A DNA stretch of 64,000 nucleotides, from contig JAFGFJ010000005.1 in NCBI GenBank assembly GCA_016931155.1, positions 1,547 through 65,546 on the forward strand. Reading direction: 5' to 3'. Under the pieces are notes generated by a model, which was given only the letters and a program-made list of their open reading frames with translations, ran no database searches and had not been told where the DNA came from. This document shows positions 46,720 through 56,095 of the stretch, piece after piece. Position 1 is the stretch's first letter; each line of letters starts with the position of its first letter. Position numbers and translations under genes: made by a program. The DNA comes from Candidatus Dojkabacteria bacterium (GTDB lineage Bacteria; Patescibacteriota; Dojkabacteria; B142; JAFGFJ01).

Positions 46720-47496
46720 CTACTTAGAAAACTTATTTATAACTGCGTTGTGGGCATTCCATTCGATTGTATCATCTAGTTTTTTAAGTTTCACTTTGTT
46801 TTTATATTTTCTTTCCATTGCCAGTTTGATAATTTCATCAGCTATATGAGGATTTTTGGGGAGGAATGGTCCATGCATATATGTACCGAATATATTTTTA
46901 AACCTGACACCTTCGTGTTTAGCATTTTCATTGTCACCTGTGCCAACCAATACATCTCCAAGCGGTATAAGCTTGTCTGATTTGAATCTTGTTCTACCAC
47001 TATGGTTTTCGAATCCAACAAGTGTCGACTTTCCAGATCTGGCAATCTCATCAGTCGGCTGTAAATTTGTAATTATATTTCCTATGCATCTTTGGGCAAC
47101 TTTTGTACTCGGTGCTATGGTTTCTATTGGAACAATTCGCAGTCCCTCTGCTCTTCTGCCATCTCCCATGGTGAAGTATTCTCCTAAAAGCTGGTAGCCT
47201 CCGCAAATTGCAAGAACTACTGCTCCGTCTTTAATATCTCTTTGTAAAACCTTCTTTTTGTTCTGTATAAGATCTTTATACACCTCGATCTGATCCTGAT
47301 CCTGACCTCCGCCCATAAAGTATATATCAATAATCCCCGGTTTAAGCATGTTTTTCTCACTGATATTTAAAATGTTTACAGCAAAACCCCGCCATTCTGA
47401 GCGTTTTTTCAATGCAATGATATTTCCGATATCACCGTAAATGTTCATTTTTTCTGGATATAAATGCCCAATTGTCAGCATCATTTTTTCTTTCAT
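46720..47496 (-). CDS. gatD: Lipid II isoglutaminyl synthase glutaminase subunit (CobQ-like)
   Basis: LYP..MNIYGD.GN, GGGQD..Q, AICGGYQLLG, GFENH.G.T, YMHGP.LPKNP. Confidence 0.92.
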   Translation of the reverse strand: MKEKMMLTIGHLYPEKMNIYGDIGNIIALKKRSEWRGFAVNILNISEKNMLKPGIIDIYFMGGGQDQDQIEVYKDLIQNKKKVLQRDIKDGAVVLAICGGYQLLGEYFTMGDGRRAEGLRIVPIETIAPSTKVAQRCIGNIITNLQPTDEIARSGKSTLVGFENHSGRTRFKSDKLIPLGDVLVGTGDNENAKHEGVRFKNIFGTYMHGPFLPKNPHIADEIIKLAMERKYKNKVKLKKLDDTIEWNAHNAVINKFSK

Positions 47497-48824
47497 TTCC
47501 AGAATTTTTTAAGTTTAGTTTTTTTCTCCAGAAATCTACGAACTTCAAGCATAGCAGTGTATGTTGGAAGAATATAGAGAGTTTCACCGGGCTTTGCTAC
47601 GTTCATAGCTTCGGTGAGTGCTTTTTCTACATCTTTTTTAAGCTTTACTCTGGTTTTAACAGCGTTGAAATTGTCAAAAGCATACTTGAGTCTTAGAAGC
47701 ATATCCTCAGCCCTTGAACCGCTTATCATAATGTTTTCGGGCAAATAATAATTAAATTGTTCAATTTTCGCATCCCAAAGCCAGGAAACATCTTTTCCAT
47801 CTGCTGTATTGTCATTGATAATTATCATGATATTTTTAGCTCTAACCCTGGTAAGCATTTTAACGGTTATACTGAATCCTGCTGGGTTTTTAATAAGTAA
47901 CAGCTTGAAATTTATTCTTCTCTTGCCGACAGAGATTTCTCCCCCTTCTCCTCTCCCAAAAGCTGGACAAAATCCCTCAATTGATCTGACAATTACATCC
48001 GTCTTAACACCTTCCAGTGAACAGGTCAAAATTGAGGCAAGCGAATTGTAAACATTATAAAAACCTGGAGCACTGAATCTCTTTATTGTAAAAGTCCTTT
48101 TAGAACTTACAACTTTAAATGCAGTGGAAAGGTCTTTCTTCAATTTTATATCTGTTGCAATAAGCTTTTTCTTTATTATCTGATCAATATTTTCTACAAG
48201 GTATTTGCCCTCATAGGCAAACTCATTCAGAAATTTTTCGTCCAGACCGAAGTAATACTTCTCATTGCTTATTTCTTCTCCTATTTGAAATACTTTTGGA
48301 TCGTTTAAATTTAAAATTACTTTGGCATGCGGTGTTTTCTTTATGCCATCTGTAATATATTTTTTTGTCTTATCTATCTCACCGTATACATCAAGCTGGT
48401 CACGAAATAGATTGGTAACAACTACAATTGAAGCATCAAGTTTATCGGCAATACGTGGGAATGTGCCTTCTTCAACTTCAAAGATCCCATAATCATAATT
48501 AAGTTTGCCGAATAGATTGGCCTTGTCTAAAAGAAGAGTAAGAATACCTCTGCTTAAATTTGCTCCACTTATGTTCGAGATAACATTAAACCCTGAATTT
48601 CTTAAAATATTTACAATCAAGGTTTGAGTAGTAGTCTTACCGTTTGTTCCTGTAATTACTATTTTTTTAGGAATCTTCTCCAGCAAATACTCAAATAAAT
48701 ATGGAAATTTCTGCTCAAGCAAATAACCGGGAAGTGTTGTCCCACCTCCTTTACCTGTCAGCCGTATTAATACAGAAAGAGTTTTTGAAAACCAGACAGA
48801 TAGTATTGTGATCAGTTTTTTCAT
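47493..48824 (-). CDS. murT: Lipid II isoglutaminyl synthase subunit (Mur ligase + DUF1727)
   Basis: GTNGKTTT, NLFRDQLD.YGE, FGR.E, L.KNP.G, D..ADG.DVSWLWD, TYTAML; overlaps gatD. Confidence 0.92.
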   Translation of the reverse strand: MKKLITILSVWFSKTLSVLIRLTGKGGGTTLPGYLLEQKFPYLFEYLLEKIPKKIVITGTNGKTTTQTLIVNILRNSGFNVISNISGANLSRGILTLLLDKANLFGKLNYDYGIFEVEEGTFPRIADKLDASIVVVTNLFRDQLDVYGEIDKTKKYITDGIKKTPHAKVILNLNDPKVFQIGEEISNEKYYFGLDEKFLNEFAYEGKYLVENIDQIIKKKLIATDIKLKKDLSTAFKVVSSKRTFTIKRFSAPGFYNVYNSLASILTCSLEGVKTDVIVRSIEGFCPAFGRGEGGEISVGKRRINFKLLLIKNPAGFSITVKMLTRVRAKNIMIIINDNTADGKDVSWLWDAKIEQFNYYLPENIMISGSRAEDMLLRLKYAFDNFNAVKTRVKLKKDVEKALTEAMNVAKPGETLYILPTYTAMLEVRRFLEKKTKLKKFWK

Positions 48825-48857
48825 TCAAGAATAATAACATTAAATGTGGAGATAGCG

Positions 48858-51800
48858 TTAAGAGACTATGAAGCCGTTGAAGACTTCGATTACCTCCTGC
48901 TTTAATTCAACTTTCCTTCTTATCTCTTTTTTTCCAGTACCGTCTTTTGCTGTATAATAAACTACTACAGTTGATTCCCCTGGGTTTTCAGTTATTACCC
49001 TTTTTAATTCAGACAGTTTTTGCGTGTCCTTAACTTTTGAAATGTCAATTTTTACTTCCTCGGGTTCATTTCCTTTCAGCTCAGCAGGTTGTATGCTGTT
49101 AATCAGAATTGAAAAATCCCCTTTTCTAAATGAAACTGCGCCTTCAATAACAACAGGACTGTTTTCATTAAGTAATCCCTTCTTTTCAAGGTAAAGACTA
49201 TTAAAGACAACAGCTTCAGCATTATCTGATAAATCTTCAATTGTCAAAAATGCCATTGGCTTTGAGTCTTTTTTTGTGTAAATAGTTTTTATAGAGGTGA
49301 TTATGCTTAATAATTTTACTTTAACTCCCTCTTCCTTTTCCTTCGCCTGTCTAATATTTATGAAATTTTTTCCGACAAATAAGGAAGCATAGGCCTTAAG
49401 TGGGTGTGCTGAAAAGAATGTGCCAAGAAGATCTTTTTCCCATGCTACTCTGTCTGCATCGGTTTCGGGAACAAGGTCAGGTAAAAGTGTTTTAATTTTG
49501 TTTTTAGTCTTGTCTGAAGAATGGAACAAGTCAGTCTGTCCAGCAGTAAAATGTGATTGAAGTCTGGCAACACGATCAAATACTATTGCTAAGCCAGCAA
49601 GAAGAACTCTTCTGCTTCCGAATTGATCAAGGGCTCCTGCCATAATCAAAAATTCCATACTTTTTTTACTTAAATTACCAGTACCTACTCTCTCTATTAG
49701 ATCATCAAGGTCGGTAAAAATACCTTTCTTTTCTCTTTCTTCAACGATATGAGAGACTATATTTTTGCCTACATTCTTAATTGCTGCTAATCCAAACCTT
49801 ATGTTTCCATCCTCAATTGAAAAGGTAACTTTACTCTTATTTATATCTGGCGGTAGTACCTTAATACCCATATGAGCAGCTTCTTCCATGTCTCTCTTAA
49901 TTTTGTCGGGATTATTCAGGTCTGTTTCCATAAGTCCAGCCAGGAATTCAACGGGATAATGTGCTTTAAGATAAGCAGTCTGGAATGCAATCAGCGAGTA
50001 ACTTGCACTATGTGCTCTGTTAAAACCATAATCCGCAAATGGTTCAAGATAAGCAAACAAAGCTTCTGCAAGTTTTTCACTATATCCCTGACCAGCTACT
50101 CCTTTTATAAATTCATCCTTTTGTGCTGCCATCACTTCCGGAATTTTCTTCCCCATTGCCTTTCTTAAAATATCAGCTTTTCCAAGAGAGTAGCCTGCCA
50201 TTTTTACTGCAATTTCCAATACTTGTTCCTGGTAAATAGCAAACCCGTGTGTCTTTTTAAGAATCGGTTCAAGATCGGGATGGAGATAAGTAACCTTTTG
50301 TTTGTTGTATTTTCTTGCGATATAGTCAGGGATGTATTGCATGGGTCCTGGTCTGTAGGCAGCATTCATAAAAATAAGGTCTTCCATCTCCGTTGGTTTC
50401 AATTCTTTCAAATATCTCCTCATTCCAGCAGATTCAAACTGAAAAATTCCTACAGTGTTTCCTTTTTGAAAAAGTGCAAAGGTATCTTTATCTTTGAGTG
50501 AAATATTATTAATGTCGATCTTTTGCTGCGAATCCTGTTCGATTTTTTCCAGAGTTCTTTTAATAATCGTCAGGTTTGCAAGACCAAGAAAATCAAATTT
50601 CATAAGCCCCATAGGCTCAAGCGGGTAACCTTCAATCTGACTTATTATGTTACTTCCCCCTCTAGTTTCTCTCTGGACAGGTACATAGTCTGTAATTGGA
50701 GTTGGAGTGACCAAAAAACCACACGCATGAGTTGAGATGTGCCTTGCTACATTCTCCAGCTTTTTAACATAAGAACAAAGTTCTCTAAGCTCGCTGGCCG
50801 AGTTTATAGTCTCTCTGAATTCCTGATTTTCTTCAATCATCCTATCAATCGTATACACTCTTCCAAATTTTATTGTTACCATCTTGGAAAGCTTATCAGC
50901 AATTTGCAGGTCTATTCCCATAACTCTTGCAACATCCCTTATTGCCGCTCTAGTCTTCAGTCTTCCAAAAGTACCAATGAAAGAGGTATTTTCTCTGCCA
51001 TAAGTTTCCATCATGTATTCGAATAGTTCATCTCTTCTGTCATCCTGAAAATCTATGTCAAAATCTGGAGGGCTTGGTCTTTCCGGGTTTAAAAATCTTT
51101 CAAAGATAAGGTTCCATTCCAGTGGATCAAGATTTGTTATTCCTAAGGAATATGAAACCATGCTTCCAGCACCAGATCCTCTTCCGGGACCGACTAATAT
51201 TCCGTTCTTTCCTGCCCACTTTACATAGTCATGAACAACAAGAAAGTAGTCATCATAGCCCTTTTCATGAATAATACTTAGTTCATAAGAAAGTCTATTA
51301 TTTATTTCATCTGTAATTCTTCCATATCTTTTTCCGGCACCCTCATAAGTTAAGTCTTTCAGTTCTTCCTGAGCATTTCTTCCTTGTGATAGCTTTTTGT
51401 ATTCCGGCTGAATCCTGCTAAATGTGATATCATACTCCTCAATTGAATCCGCTATTTTTTGTGTATTTGAGATAGCTTCTGGAATATCTTTATAAAGATC
51501 ATCAACATCTTCTAAGCTTTTCAAATAAAATTCCTGTGATTCAGCCTTTTGTCTGTTTTGATCTGAAAGTTTGGCTCCATCTCTTATGCACCAGGCTATT
51601 TCCTGTATTTTCCAGTCTTCCTTTTCCAGGTAATGGACATCACATGTTGCTACAATTTCAAGATTATTTTTTTTGGCAAGCTGAATTTGAGCAGGTATAA
51701 GATCTTCAGATTCTTTTATTTCATTTCGTTGTACTTCAATATAAAACTCATCAAATGTACTTTGATAAAAATCTACCCATTCCTGTGCCTTTCTTTCGTT

Positions 51801-52277
51801 TCCTTGTCGAAGTGCTTGATTAATATTGCTGCTGAGGCAGCCGGATAAGGCTATTAATCCCTTACCGTATTGTTTTAGTAACTCTCTATCTGCTCTTGGC
51901 TTGTAATATAATCCTTCTATATGTGATCTGGAAACCAGTTTTACAAGATTTTTATAGCCTTCAAGATTTTTTGCCAGAAGAGTTAAATGGTAGCGCTTGT
52001 TGTCTATTTGAGGAACTTTATCAAACCTTGTCCTTTCAGCAATATATACTTCACATCCTATGATGGGTTTTATTTTATTAGCTCTACACTCAGACCAAAA
52101 TTCATAAAGACCGTACATCACGCCATGATCAGTCATAGCACATGCATTCATACCATAATCTTTGACTTTTTTTATAAGAGGTTTGATTTTATTCAGTCCG
52201 TCAAGCAAGGAATACTCTGTGTGCAAATGAAGATGAACAAAATTGGAAGGTTTTTCCTGTGATTTGTTAATAGGCAT
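48858..52277 (-). CDS. dnaE: DNA polymerase III alpha subunit
   Basis: PHP HLHLHTEYSLLDG, GPGRGS.AGS, PDFDIDF, KFDFLGL, YGFNRAH, C-terminal OB fold. Confidence 0.98.
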   Translation of the reverse strand: MPINKSQEKPSNFVHLHLHTEYSLLDGLNKIKPLIKKVKDYGMNACAMTDHGVMYGLYEFWSECRANKIKPIIGCEVYIAERTRFDKVPQIDNKRYHLTLLAKNLEGYKNLVKLVSRSHIEGLYYKPRADRELLKQYGKGLIALSGCLSSNINQALRQGNERKAQEWVDFYQSTFDEFYIEVQRNEIKESEDLIPAQIQLAKKNNLEIVATCDVHYLEKEDWKIQEIAWCIRDGAKLSDQNRQKAESQEFYLKSLEDVDDLYKDIPEAISNTQKIADSIEEYDITFSRIQPEYKKLSQGRNAQEELKDLTYEGAGKRYGRITDEINNRLSYELSIIHEKGYDDYFLVVHDYVKWAGKNGILVGPGRGSGAGSMVSYSLGITNLDPLEWNLIFERFLNPERPSPPDFDIDFQDDRRDELFEYMMETYGRENTSFIGTFGRLKTRAAIRDVARVMGIDLQIADKLSKMVTIKFGRVYTIDRMIEENQEFRETINSASELRELCSYVKKLENVARHISTHACGFLVTPTPITDYVPVQRETRGGSNIISQIEGYPLEPMGLMKFDFLGLANLTIIKRTLEKIEQDSQQKIDINNISLKDKDTFALFQKGNTVGIFQFESAGMRRYLKELKPTEMEDLIFMNAAYRPGPMQYIPDYIARKYNKQKVTYLHPDLEPILKKTHGFAIYQEQVLEIAVKMAGYSLGKADILRKAMGKKIPEVMAAQKDEFIKGVAGQGYSEKLAEALFAYLEPFADYGFNRAHSASYSLIAFQTAYLKAHYPVEFLAGLMETDLNNPDKIKRDMEEAAHMGIKVLPPDINKSKVTFSIEDGNIRFGLAAIKNVGKNIVSHIVEEREKKGIFTDLDDLIERVGTGNLSKKSMEFLIMAGALDQFGSRRVLLAGLAIVFDRVARLQSHFTAGQTDLFHSSDKTKNKIKTLLPDLVPETDADRVAWEKDLLGTFFSAHPLKAYASLFVGKNFINIRQAKEKEEGVKVKLLSIITSIKTIYTKKDSKPMAFLTIEDLSDNAEAVVFNSLYLEKKGLLNENSPVVIEGAVSFRKGDFSILINSIQPAELKGNEPEEVKIDISKVKDTQKLSELKRVITENPGESTVVVYYTAKDGTGKKEIRRKVELKQEVIEVFNGFIVS

Positions 52278-52424
52278 ATCGGAAATAGCTTAAGTGCTAT
52301 AAATCGGATCAAATAAGGGATCGATTTAATATATCACCTTTAATATTTCCACGGCAAGATATTTGAGAATGTCCATATATACAAGCTCTTTGTTCAATTT
52401 TTCTTTTGAAAGAAAAATTGATTT

Positions 52425-53138
52425 TTAAGGAATTTGAGAAAGGTGCCAGTTAATATTTTTTGCCCATTGTTCAGGATTGTGGGCTCCGTAGGCTTTGCCA
52501 AGAGTATAAATATCAGAATACTTATTTGTATATTTTGCTACTTTACATGTCAGGTCAGAAAGAGATGTGTCCCAGCCAGTATACTGAACTTTATTCAGGT
52601 ATCCATATGGATTGTACTCCTTATAGGCTATTCTTCCGTAACCTGACTCATTCCCTGCAATAGCGACAATAATCTTGTAATCGGCACCACATGACTCAGC
52701 CTTTTCTACAATTATATTTGCATAATCAGCCATAGGAGACTTAACCTTTCCTAGATAGCCTGCAAGTCTGTCAATCTTGATCTGCCTTTCTCTTCTTAGT
52801 CTTTCCTGCTCCTTTTTTATTTCCTCCTGTTCTATTTTGATACCTACAGCAGTATCTATGTCTTCTCGCAAAGGAGTGGGAAGTTCCGTATTTGTAACCA
52901 ATTGTTCTTTTACAGAAAGTTTTTGTGTCTGTCCAAGGACTTCTTTGTAGACAATCTTATTTGGTGAACTGTTTTGTTCAATGAAGTAATAGCCTGAAAG
53001 AATACCGAGACTTAAAAAAACAATAGAAAGTAACGAAAGTCTTATGAAAATAGAAAAGTCCTCTTTAGCAAATGACTTAGTAGAGTTAAAAAGCTTTTTA
53101 ATTGTCCTTTTTGTTCTATGTGCCGTTAACCTTCTCAA
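52425..53138 (-). CDS. Membrane-anchored protein with lysozyme-like (glucosaminidase-type) domain
   Basis: One TM, coiled coil, then AIAGNESGYG....NPYG...Y...W pattern. Confidence 0.6.
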   Translation of the reverse strand: MRRLTAHRTKRTIKKLFNSTKSFAKEDFSIFIRLSLLSIVFLSLGILSGYYFIEQNSSPNKIVYKEVLGQTQKLSVKEQLVTNTELPTPLREDIDTAVGIKIEQEEIKKEQERLRRERQIKIDRLAGYLGKVKSPMADYANIIVEKAESCGADYKIIVAIAGNESGYGRIAYKEYNPYGYLNKVQYTGWDTSLSDLTCKVAKYTNKYSDIYTLGKAYGAHNPEQWAKNINWHLSQIP

Positions 53139-53342
53139 AAACTTGTTTAAGATTATCTTAAACTTAACTAAACTTAGGCCGCTTTTTTGTTAAAAAGACG
53201 GACAATACAATAAATCGAGACCAAGTATAACAAATTTGAACCCGTATGTCTAGACTACTATAGGATAATATTTAATCTGATCATAGTCTGTAGAATTACT
53301 CAATAATCACTGAAATCTAATGACTCGACAGATTTGTGTAAA

Positions 53343-54326
53343 TCATTCTGAAGCGGGAACTTCTGTAGTATCTTCCCTTTTAAATAATGAATATACAACT
53401 CTACCGTCATTTCCATCTTCCTTATATATTTTTACCCTTTCTATACTAGTAAAACCTAGTGTGCCATATTTTCTGGCAGATGCACTTCTCCTGACCGACT
53501 CTAATATCGCTTCCTCGATTTCTTTGTACTCCTCTTCCTCTGCCTCAGTTAATCTCAAAGTTGTTGTCTCAGGCACTTCGCCAGTATGTTGAAAGTATCT
53601 TTGCTCCCTCAATGTTCCTTCCCTTCTTTCTGTGTAATCAAAATACTTTTCCAGAATAGCTTCTTGTGTTTCCGTTTTAATATCAGTTCCCTCTCTGCCG
53701 TCCTGGATTTTTCCGGCTTGTTCGAGTCGGTGTTTTACCTGTGCTTCGTAATCTAAATAGTTTTTAATACTTCTAAAATCCAGCTTTTCAATAAACTTTT
53801 TATAGGTATCACTACCATCCACCCACTTGTCACGTATGTATTTGACTTTTTTCTTTAAAAGAGTATCAAAAAAACATAGACCCCAGTCAATAAATTTTGA
53901 TGGATTCATACCGGGATAATTTTTTGGTGGATTCTCTCCTTTAGTTTTTGTCTTGATATTAAACTCAAGGATTGCATCAAAGGGTTCAATTTCTAAGCAA
54001 GAAAAAAATTCTTCAGAGTGAAACGTTCCTGAGAGAAGCTGGACAATCATACAATGCTGAATATCATTTTCAGGTTCTTCTTTTGGCGAGATAAACACTG
54101 TCTCTGAAAATTCTGCAAATCTTCCTCCAACATTTCTTTTAATTCTCATGCTGTGTCTTTTCTCACCGTCTACTACATCGAAGAACCCCAAAACCCCTGC
54201 CCAGTGATTGTTTGGATTTAAAGATTTTATTATCAGATCAACTGGTAAATTTGATACTGAAATATCTCCTGAAATATCATTCAGTGATACTTTTTCAACT
54301 AATCTAGAACCTAACTTAGTCTCCAA
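53343..54326 (-). CDS. Hypothetical protein
   Basis: 327 aa ORF directly after murG; no recognised motif. Confidence 0.6.
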   Translation of the reverse strand: METKLGSRLVEKVSLNDISGDISVSNLPVDLIIKSLNPNNHWAGVLGFFDVVDGEKRHSMRIKRNVGGRFAEFSETVFISPKEEPENDIQHCMIVQLLSGTFHSEEFFSCLEIEPFDAILEFNIKTKTKGENPPKNYPGMNPSKFIDWGLCFFDTLLKKKVKYIRDKWVDGSDTYKKFIEKLDFRSIKNYLDYEAQVKHRLEQAGKIQDGREGTDIKTETQEAILEKYFDYTERREGTLREQRYFQHTGEVPETTTLRLTEAEEEEYKEIEEAILESVRRSASARKYGTLGFTSIERVKIYKEDGNDGRVVYSLFKREDTTEVPASE

Positions 54327-54329
54327 TGT

Positions 54330-55508
54330 TTATTTTTTCTCACAAATAATATTTTCTATTTCATTCACAATGTTTTCGGCAGCATTCAGTTTGACTTTTG
54401 ATCTCGCAGTAATTCTAACCAAATCAAGCGGATACCCATTCAGACCTTTTCCACTTCTTACCACTTCAAGAACATTAAGTATTCTATTATAAAGAAGATC
54501 CGGTGTTATTTCTTCCTGAGTTAGAACAGTTGCAAGTCCTATGGATTCAATCATTCTTGCATTTTTCATCTGTTCATCACCTGAACTCCATGGAATGGGA
54601 ATTAGAACAGCTGGTCTCCCAAGTGCAAGAAGCTCAGTAAGAGTATTAGCACCACTTCTTGACACAACTAAGGTTGATTTTGCAAAAATCTCACCAATTT
54701 GCCTTCCAAAAATGTGTTTCCTCACAACATAATTTTCTTGAAGTTTTTTGTTGAGTCTTTTTTTCTTCTTCAGTGCCTTTTCGTAGTCTTGAGTGACAGT
54801 AGAACTTCCAGTCTGGTGGATTACATTTGCATGTTTTAGCAGTTTTGGAAGAATCTCAAGCAGTCTCCAGTTAATTGTGTTCGATCCCTGTGAGCCTCCA
54901 GTAACATAAACAATAGGACGATCATTGTGAAAATCAAAATCATTTGTTCCTGTTTGAAAGACTTCTTTTCTAAGAGGATTACCAGTAAGTACAGTCTTTT
55001 TTGCTGGAAAGTATTTCCTTGAAATGTCCCATGAAATAAATACCCTGTTTGCAAGTTTTGCTATAAATTTATTGGCCAATCCTGTAACAACTGTTTGTTC
55101 ATGAGTAACTATTTTTCTGTTTAGGACTTTTGCTGAACAAACAATCGGTAGTGCAAGATAACCCCCAAAAGAAATTACTATATCAGGCTTCTCTTTTAAT
55201 ACAATGTTAAATGCCTTTAAAAATCCGAAGGGAATCATTAAAAGATTTTTAAGTCCTAATAGTAGAGTTTTTAATACCCACTTTCTTTGGAGCCTTCCTG
55301 TATTTAGATTGTAGAATTTAATTCCTTTGCTTTTGATTAGCTTGAACTCAGAGCTTTTTCTTTTGTCTCCTTCCTGTGAATATTTACGGCCTGTCCATAC
55401 AATATTTGTGTACCCTTGCACTTTTAGCTCTTCTAAAACAGCAAGAGCCGGTGTTAAATGTCCACCGACAAACATGAATTTTATTTTTTCTTTTTCGAGT
55501 TTTTCCAT
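54330..55508 (-). CDS. murG: Undecaprenyl-PP-MurNAc-pentapeptide N-acetylglucosamine transferase
   Basis: GGHLTPA, FGGY...P, HEQ...GL.N, TGNP.R, GGSQG, SRSGA.T..E, Q..NA; start set at ATG 55508 rather than 55631. Confidence 0.93.
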   Translation of the reverse strand: MEKLEKEKIKFMFVGGHLTPALAVLEELKVQGYTNIVWTGRKYSQEGDKRKSSEFKLIKSKGIKFYNLNTGRLQRKWVLKTLLLGLKNLLMIPFGFLKAFNIVLKEKPDIVISFGGYLALPIVCSAKVLNRKIVTHEQTVVTGLANKFIAKLANRVFISWDISRKYFPAKKTVLTGNPLRKEVFQTGTNDFDFHNDRPIVYVTGGSQGSNTINWRLLEILPKLLKHANVIHQTGSSTVTQDYEKALKKKKRLNKKLQENYVVRKHIFGRQIGEIFAKSTLVVSRSGANTLTELLALGRPAVLIPIPWSSGDEQMKNARMIESIGLATVLTQEEITPDLLYNRILNVLEVVRSGKGLNGYPLDLVRITARSKVKLNAAENIVNEIENIICEKK

Positions 55509-56095
55509 GCCAATATTATTTGCACAATAGAGGTTAACATTACTAATAGAATTATGAAAGTCGCTTGAAATTGCAAGTTTTCCTGCGGGAAAAACTTGAT
55601 CAAGCTCGAAGTTGTCGGATCCAAGAGCCAATAATCGTTTCTAAAAAAAATCGTGTGAAATATGTTGGAGAAGAAATCAAAGGAAAAAAGTAAAACAGAT
55701 GTACAGATTAAAATTGCAAAAATAATTGAACCTACTGATCCTATTATTGTTGCTTTAGTTCTGTCTATTTCTGTTGATTTAGTAGTTATTATACTTGCTA
55801 TAGCTGCACTTAAAAGAAGATAAGTAAAGACAAGCAGGTATCTCACATCCTTCATATGCAAGATATCCTCCTTAGAATAGAAGTCAGAAGAAATCCCCGA
55901 CCTTCTAAATGTTATATATTTAAAAAGCTCTTCAAATTGCTGTCTTGATTCCACAGGACTTGCAAAGCCTTCATAGGGCTCAGAAGGGTTCAAATATAAG
56001 ATTTTCGTATTTACAACGACAAAGACCGGAAATAATATATTGAATAATAGTGTTGTAAAGACTAACAGAAAAACTGGAACACTATTGCTATTCAT
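55481..56095 (-). CDS. DUF1461 / Lit-like lipoprotein intramolecular transacylase family membrane protein
   Basis: HMKDV and FH.IFF.N..W.LDP....LI..FP motifs with four TM segments. Confidence 0.75.
   Translation of the reverse strand: MNSNSVPVFLLVFTTLLFNILFPVFVVVNTKILYLNPSEPYEGFASPVESRQQFEELFKYITFRRSGISSDFYSKEDILHMKDVRYLLVFTYLLLSAAIASIITTKSTEIDRTKATIIGSVGSIIFAILICTSVLLFSFDFFSNIFHTIFFRNDYWLLDPTTSSLIKFFPQENLQFQATFIILLVMLTSIVQIILAWKNSKKKK

Noticed and set aside
48858-52277. Intein or intron in dnaE
   Set aside because: 1139 aa is a normal length, motifs are contiguous, and no intein splice motifs were seen.
55509-55631. N-terminal extension of MurG in the ORF track
   Set aside because: It overlaps the Lit-like gene in another frame, and MurG homology starts at about MEKLEKEKIKFMFVGGH (ATG 55508).
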